64,000 nt of DNA from a plasmid. Made by a program: the position numbers and the translations under genes. Location of the stretch: the sequence record CP132319.1; one strand, given 5' to 3'. The notes beneath the pieces are model-generated. The model did not search any database, was not told the origin of the DNA, and saw nothing but the letters and a program-made list of their open reading frames with translations. Shown in pieces: positions 58,331-64,000 of this stretch (positions are counted from its first letter, which is position 1; every line of letters begins with the position of its first letter).

Positions 58331-58581
58331 TGGTTTCCCGCTACCGGAAATCAAAGAGCAGCTTGTCCGCGCTCTTTTCTTTCTGCCTGTTTCCCGATGA
58401 TGATGCCCGTTTTCCAGCCGCAGCGCCGTGAGGACGGCGCGGCCGCGGCCGCAGCGAGCCGCAGGCGAGCGGAGCAGGCGGAGGAAACCCGCGCTCCCCA
58501 ATAGCGCCGTAGGGTTTTCCGGAGCCTCGTGGGAAACGGGCGGTTTTCCATGATGGTGATTTTCTTCGGTATCCTGGTGGA

Positions 58582-58630
58582 CCACTGCCCGTTCCGGTTG
58601 GGCGCGCTCTATGCGAAGCACCGAGCCAGA
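58582..58630 (+). repeat. partial (5' 50 bp) copy of the ~420-bp repeat, fused to the GC-rich 85-bp repeat (58652-58736)
   Basis: CCACTGCCCGTTCCGGTTGGGCGCGCTCTATGCGAAGCACCGAGCCAG matches the start of copies A-C. Confidence 0.6.
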
Positions 58631-58946
58631 CTTCTACAGTCTCCGCCGTTTGCCTGTCCCTTGCCGCATCGAGCGGCGCGGGACAGGCGAGGGGTGCCCC
58701 GAAGCCCCACCCCTCGAACACCCCTGCCCGCCCAAGAAAAAGCGGAGCGCTGCGAGCGGGCGCAGTCGGTCCCGGCTCGCCCTGCGGGCCGCTATGCTGA
58801 GCCTCCTGCGGCTGCGCTCCGTCCGCTCTCGCGCGACGAGAATTCCCGAAATCCCGCCCAAGGGCGGCGCGATGCCACCTCCGATGCTCTTCATCGTCAG
58901 AGGACAGCGCCTGCTCGTTTCACATCACGGCGGCGCGTCCCGCGCG

Positions 58947-59306
58947 CTACGCGCCCCCTCCCCCGGCGCGGCGTCGCTGCGCTACGCCCGCCCGCCCGCC
59001 CACAAAGCCACTCGATTTGCGCCATGGAAAGCGTCTGGCCGTAGCAGCCGCGTTCTTGTAGGTTGCCTTTGCCGCGATCTCGTCGTGATACAGTTGCGAC
59101 AGGTCCAGCTTTTGCGGCACGACGCTTCGGTCGGGACAAATCTGCTTGACCTCATGGATCGACACTACGTTCTTGACGCCGGCGGCTTTGGCGTCCCTCG
59201 GACAGACCATGACGGCTATGCGGCCGGTTCTCGCAAACGGCACAACACCGAACGGGCGACCGCGCTCCCCCTTGTTGCTCCACCGAGGTAAAACCAACGA
59301 AATCAA
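58947..59306 (-). CDS. hypothetical protein (119 aa; distal part may be non-coding)
   Basis: MISLVLPRWSNKGERGRPFGVVPFARTGRIAVMVCPRDAKAAGVKNVVSIHEV.... Confidence 0.3.
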   Translation of the reverse strand: MISLVLPRWSNKGERGRPFGVVPFARTGRIAVMVCPRDAKAAGVKNVVSIHEVKQICPDRSVVPQKLDLSQLYHDEIAAKATYKNAAATARRFPWRKSSGFVGGRAGVAQRRRAGGGGA

Positions 59307-59491
59307 GATGATTTGTTCGATATCGTCAAGTTATCGCAGGGTCGGCTCCGCCGGAAATATGGGCGAGCAAAGTCTACCCATGCACAGTGAGGCATATAGG
59401 AATAATTGCTCGGAATGAGTTTATGTTCCTTATTTGTTCTTATTCCGATTTGGAGTCAATCTGTCTCGTATCGAGCATTGTGGATGGGAGG

Positions 59492-59912
59492 GGCCACCGC
59501 CCGTTCCGGTCGGCCGCGCTCTATGCGAAGCACGGAGCCAGCCTGCGGCCGTCTCCGCCGATCCCGGTAACGATCGCTTGTCCAGTCGGTGGCTATGCCC
59601 CCGGCACTGAGGCCCGCCGCCGGGCCGCATTTCTGTTTCCGCCCCATGACAGCGCCGGCCGTTCGGATCAAGGGGCAGGCGCGGCACAGCCGCTTGTCGC
59701 GCCGGCAAAAAAACGGCTTTCCGCCTGCGGCCGAACCTTCCGTTTTTTCCCCGTCACGACCCCTTGACCCGACCGGCCGTCGCCGCAGGGCGGGCTTTCG
59801 CCCTCCCCGCTCCGTCCGGGGGAATGTCAGAGGCCATTCCCCTGGAAAGACCGGGGAGGCTTCGCCCAAGGGGGCTTCCCCTTCGGGAAACGGGAAACCA
59901 AGGAGACCGACA
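59492..59912 (+). repeat. copy C of the ~420-bp structured repeat, ending at the ParB-like gene start codon
   Basis: See copy A. Confidence 0.85.
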
Positions 59913-61948
59913 ATGACCGATATCAATGCAGGAACCGAAACCATCATGGTGGCGCTGAACAAGCTCGACCGCGACCCCCTGAACGTGCGCAAGAGCTATA
60001 GCAAGGAAGGCATCGAGGAGTTGGCCGCGACCATTCGCGGTGACGGCTACCGCATTCTGCAGAACCTCATCGTCCGCAAAGGTGACAAACGGGGTCGCTT
60101 CTTTGTGACAGCCGGCGGTCGGCGCCATGCCGCGCTCGACCTTCTGGCGGAGTTGGGCGAGATTGCGAAGGATTTCGCGGTCGAATGCAAGGAGCGCAGC
60201 GCCGCCGAGGCGACCGAAATCAGCCTCATCGAAAACATGCAGCGGGAAGCCATGCACCCGGTCGATGAATACGAGGCGTTCCGCGTCATGGCCGACGCCG
60301 GGAAGTCCGTCGAGGATATCGCCGCCCGTTTCGGCACCACCGAGGTCATGGTGCGCAAGCGCCTCGCCCTGGGCCGTGTCGCCCCTGCCCTGCTCGATCT
60401 TTACCGCAACGAGAATATCAGCTTCCAGCAGCTTTCGGCCTTCACCGTGTCCGACGATCACGAAAGGCAGGTGGAAGTCTGGAATAGTTTGCCATCGTGG
60501 AATTGCGATCACCGCGCCATTCGTACTGCCCTGCAAGGCGAAGCCGTAAAGGCCACGGACAAGCGCATGAAATTCATCGGCGGGATCGACGCCTATGAAG
60601 CCGCTGGTGGAGCCGTCAAGCGCGATCTCTTCGATGAGCAGAACGGCGGCTATGCGCTCGACGTCGCTCTTGTCGAAAAGCTTGTCGGCGACCGGCTTGA
60701 AGCCGAGGCCGGAACAGTTCGCGGGGAAGGCTGGAAATGGGTGGAGGTCGTGCCGGTCATCCCGGACGAAGCCCATCGCATGCACCGGGTTTATCCCACC
60801 GACGTTCCGTTGACGGACGAGGAACAGGCCGAGGAGGAACGGCTGGAACACGAACATGACGAGCTGGCGGAGCAGATCGAGGCAGGGGTGGCCGACGGCG
60901 GGGCCGAGCCGCGCATCGAAGCCATTCGGGCGAGGCTGGCGGTTCTATCGACGGCGCAGGAAGCCTACGCCCCGGAGGACATCGCCAAGGCCGGTTGCTA
61001 TGTCACGATGGACTATTACGGCAATGTCGAAATCGAGCGCGGTCTTGTCCGGCCCGATGATGAAGTCGAGGCCGGAGACGAGGGGGAAGACGGCGACGAA
61101 AGCGCCGAAGGCGATAACGAGGAGACGGAAGCAGGTGAGATGACGGTTGCGCAGCAGCCCGAACAGCGCCCCGAACCGACGTTCAAAATTCCCGCCCTGC
61201 TTGTGCAGGAGCTTACGGCGCAGAAGACCGCCGCCATCCGGGCCGAGCTTGCGCATAATCCGGACGTCGCCCTCGCCGTCGTGGTGCATGCCATGCTGGT
61301 GAACCTCTTCGGCAACTACGGCGGCAATGAGTACACGTCCCTTGAGGTAACGGTGAAAAGCGAAAGGCTGGAAAACAGCATTGCCAATCCAGCGGAGGCA
61401 AGGGCATCGTGGCGATGGACGAACTCAAGGAAAACTACGGGCATACCATTCCGGGCAAGCCGAGCGATCTTCTGGAATGGTGCCTTGAGCAGCCGACGTC
61501 AACGCTTCTCGACCTCCTGGCCTATGCGGCGGCAAAGTCCGTCAATGCCGTGCAACACCCGCACTATGAGCGGAAGTCGCAGCGCGCCCATGCCGAACGG
61601 CTGGCACAGGCCCTTAAGATCGACATGACGCAGTGGTACGAACCGACCGGCGAAAACTACTTCGGCCGGATCAGCAAGGCGGGGATCAAGCAGGCGGTCA
61701 CCGAAGCCGCTGGCGAGGATTTCGCGCTCGGCGTTCCCGGCATGGAGAAGGCGAAAGCCGTGGAATATGCCGAACGGAAGATCACCGGAACCGGATGGCT
61801 GCCCGCGCCGATGCGGATTGCTCTCTCCGCCGAGCAGGAGCGCGAGCGGATGGCGGAGGCCGATGGCGAAGATGACGGCGTTTGCCCGTTCGACATCGAG
61901 GACAAGCCGAACGCCGAACACCAGCAGTTCCCCGAAGCAGCCGAGTAA
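59913..61948 (+). CDS. ParB-like nuclease domain protein (large leading-region ParB homologue), apparent frameshift near 61385-61410
   Basis: N-terminal ParB/Srx domain (..LNKLDRDPLNVRKSY.. ..VTAGGRRHAALDL..). The frame of ORF 59589-61628 becomes nonsense after ..ENSIANPAEARAS, while the frame of ORF 61409-61948 continues with plausible sequence (..VAMDELKENYGHTIPG..). Confidence 0.6.
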
Positions 61949-62085
61949 TCGGTTGCGGCAGGTCGCGCCAGTCTCCGGCGCGGCCTGCTCCCCTCGCTGA
62001 ATTTCCCAAAACCAGCCGCGATGAGACGCCGGGCATCGCCCCGGCGATTGGCGACGTGCGCCCTGCGGCCCGGATAGGTGATCCC

Positions 62086-62907
62086 ATGACCTCCCCCCGT
62101 CTCAATTCCATCGTCAAGCTGTTTGAAACCTGCCGCTACAAGCATGACCTCTACACCGTCTTTGGCGACTGGTGCGAATGCTCCGCCATATCCATGAGCA
62201 ATGCCGTTGATCAGGCAAACTTCGAGAAGCGCGAGGCTCGCTATGTCGAAATCGCTCGAAAATACGGGAGCGAAACCATGGCGATATTCTCGAAAATATT
62301 CGGTGAAGTGGTCATGGCGCTGGAGGAAAAGCCGCAGGACATCCTGGGCATGACGTTCCATGCGCTCGAATTGCACAACAAGGCGAGGGGGCAATTCTTC
62401 ACGCCGTATCCCATCTGCCAATTGATGGCCCGCATCATCGCCGGGAGCGCCGAGGACATGCAGCAGGCGATTGCCAAGCGCGGCTTCATGCTTGCGCAGG
62501 AACCCGCCGTAGGGAGCGGCGCAATGATCGTCGCTCTGGCCGAAGCCATCCTTGAAGCGGGCTTCAATTACCAGCAGCTTCTTCATGTGACCGCCGTGGA
62601 CATCGACCCGCGCGCCGTCCACATGGCCTATATCCAATTCTCGCTCCTGCACATTCCGGCGACCGTCATCGTGGGCGACAGCCTGGCAATGCGGTTTCGG
62701 GAGGAATGGCACACGATGGCCCATGTCATGGGCGGATGGTCGGCCAAGCTTCGGCACGCAAGAGAAAACGCCGGGGGGCAACCGGAGGCGGCTCCTTCTG
62801 TTGCCGTACCGCACCGGGCTGCGGTGGTCGCCGGTGGCCCCGCCGCGCCGAAGCAAGCGACATCCGCGCCGGTTATTGAGAGGAATGGGCAACTGCGTCT
62901 GTTGTGA
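62086..62907 (+). CDS. SAM-dependent methyltransferase-like protein (gamma-class N6-adenine MTase motifs X and I, no NPPY)
   Basis: ..GQFFTPYPICQLMARI.. (motif X) and ..LAQEPAVGSGAMIVAL.. (motif I). No D/NPPY/F tetrapeptide found. Confidence 0.45.
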   Translation: MTSPRLNSIVKLFETCRYKHDLYTVFGDWCECSAISMSNAVDQANFEKREARYVEIARKYGSETMAIFSKIFGEVVMALEEKPQDILGMTFHALELHNKARGQFFTPYPICQLMARIIAGSAEDMQQAIAKRGFMLAQEPAVGSGAMIVALAEAILEAGFNYQQLLHVTAVDIDPRAVHMAYIQFSLLHIPATVIVGDSLAMRFREEWHTMAHVMGGWSAKLRHARENAGGQPEAAPSVAVPHRAAVVAGGPAAPKQATSAPVIERNGQLRLL

Positions 62908-62924
62908 ATTGCAGGGTACAGGCT

Positions 62925-63110
62925 AGAAGCCCCGACCGGATTGACCGGCCGGAACTTCTTTGAGAGGGGGCTGGCCGGCCCCTCTCAATCTCTCCCCCAT
63001 GAGGGGGCAGGGCAGAGCCCCGCCCCCTTCAAACCCCCTACCCATGGAGGGGGTGGACCACCCCCTCCAAACCTCCCCGGCCCATACGGACACGGCCCCT
63101 GACCGCGGCC
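62925..63110. repeat. cluster of poly-G/poly-C hairpins (e.g. GAGAGGGG-N9-CCCCTCTC, GGAGGGGGTGG-A-CCACCCCCTCC)
   Basis: Seen directly. A related cluster lies at 63775-63960. Confidence 0.6.
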
Positions 63111-63116
63111 GTGGGC

Positions 63117-63155
<39 letters not shown>

Positions 63156-63322
63156 TTCCTAGTGTCGCATTCGCCCCTGCGCCGTAAAGGACGGGCGGTT
63201 CCCCCAAAATGCTGACGCATTTCGGCTCCCCCATCCACCGCCTTCGGCGGTCGCTTCGCGTTCCTTGACTGCTTGGGTCGCCAATGCGGGCTCCTTTTCG
63301 TCAGAGCGAAAAGGAGGCTTAT

Positions 63323-63697
63323 ATGACAGACCGGAAAATCACCGTTATCGACGGCGGTAGCGCGCAATACTGGAGGCAGCGGAAAGAAGGCTTCCGGCTT
63401 ATCCACGAGGCGGAGCGCGCTGCGGAGCGGCTGGCCGATGCACCGATGTATCTTCACGGCGGCTACGACGAGGATGGCGACGTGATCGCGATCGAAAACC
63501 TCCGCTCTCATGACGATATGGAGGATGCGATCCGGGCGATCGAGGCGAACGAGACGGCCGTGAGTATCCTCGTAGCGCAGGGACGCACAAGGATAGGAGG
63601 CTGCGAGATCAGGGCGGTGATCAAGGCGATGGCGCCCGACTATGAAGGCATCGAGGATCCGGAACGCAATGCGCTCTGGGGACCGGGCACCGACTGA
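63323..63697 (+). CDS. hypothetical protein (124 aa)
   Basis: MTDRKITVIDGGSAQYWRQRKEGFRL.... AAAAGGAGG SD 6 nt upstream. Confidence 0.45.
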   Translation: MTDRKITVIDGGSAQYWRQRKEGFRLIHEAERAAERLADAPMYLHGGYDEDGDVIAIENLRSHDDMEDAIRAIEANETAVSILVAQGRTRIGGCEIRAVIKAMAPDYEGIEDPERNALWGPGTD

Positions 63698-63774
63698 GAT
63701 GCAGGCGAAAAGCGGCTACGGCCGCCTTTCGCCTTTACCTCGACGAGTGAGCCCGGTCAGCCGGTTCGACCGGC

Positions 63775-63960
63775 CGACCAAGCTGATGAAAGAGGGGCAA
63801 GCCCCCTCTCAACACTCACCCCAATGGAGGAAGGGGCAAGCCCCCTCCTCCAAACCGCCTCCCCAAGGGAAGGGCCGGCCCCTCCCTTGAACCCACCCCT
63901 GGGGAAAGGGGACGGTTCCCTCCTCCCTTTCCCCAAGCCCCTATCCCTCTCCCTGGGGCG
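63775..63960. repeat. second cluster of poly-G/poly-C hairpin repeats
   Basis: GAGGGGCAAGCCCCCTC-type units repeated. Related to 62925-63110. Confidence 0.55.
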
Positions 63961-64000
63961 AGAGACCTGGCATCTGTGGTATATCGGGCGGGTTAGCTTC

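Noticed and set aside
58611-59291. 226-aa plus-strand ORF
   Set aside because: Arg/Ala/Ser/Pro-rich, and overlaps GC-rich repeats and an opposite-strand ORF. Judged spurious.

Overview
High-GC alphaproteobacterial segment, most likely part of a large Rhizobium/Agrobacterium-type conjugative plasmid. No rRNA, tRNA or CRISPR array was recognised.

Layout, left to right:
(1) 1-4.9 kb: cargo. MoeA carries one in-frame TGA. Also an alpha/beta hydrolase, an unusual HTH-plus-multipass membrane protein and an SDR.
(2) 4.9-18.5 kb: a complete VirB/AvhB-type type IV secretion locus on the minus strand (VirB1-B11 plus VirD4). It contains a VirB7-like lipoprotein, an extra VirB5-like protein with an embedded lytic-transglycosylase domain, and two small accessory proteins.
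(3) 18.6-21.6 kb: two secreted thermonuclease-like paralogues, an XRE regulator, a wHTH protein and a frameshifted HIT remnant.
(4) 21.6-27.2 kb: an arsenic resistance island (arsR-MFS, and arsR-GNAT-arsC(LMW)-acr3-arsC(Grx)-arsH). It appears to have truncated a PepSY-like gene.
(5) 27.4-31.5 kb: cytochrome b561, then a VIT-family iron exporter and a P1B-4 (SPC/HEGGT) metal ATPase behind a perfect Irr-type ICE box, then tandem-domain UspA.
(6) 32.7-37.0 kb: a BigR/Blh sulfide-detoxification operon (blh-bigR-yeeE-yedE-tauE-tauE).
(7) 37.2-50.9 kb: a defence island. It holds an XRE-domain protein with an unknown partner, a serine recombinase with a PstI/BsuBI-like R-M pair, a Shedu-like gene split by a 3.8-kb Tn3-family transposon (45-bp IRs, 5-bp TTCAT target duplication), and an Abi_2 protein.
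(8) 51-64 kb: a conjugative leading-region-like block (XRE repressor, ssb, DUF932, NYN, DUF736, ParB-like nuclease, MTase-like gene). Three ~420-bp near-identical structured non-coding repeats sit directly in front of successive genes. GC-rich hairpin repeats and a (CT)16 microsatellite are also present.

Several genes carry apparent frameshifts or stops (moeA, HIT, the 56.4-57.2 kb gene, ParB-like).
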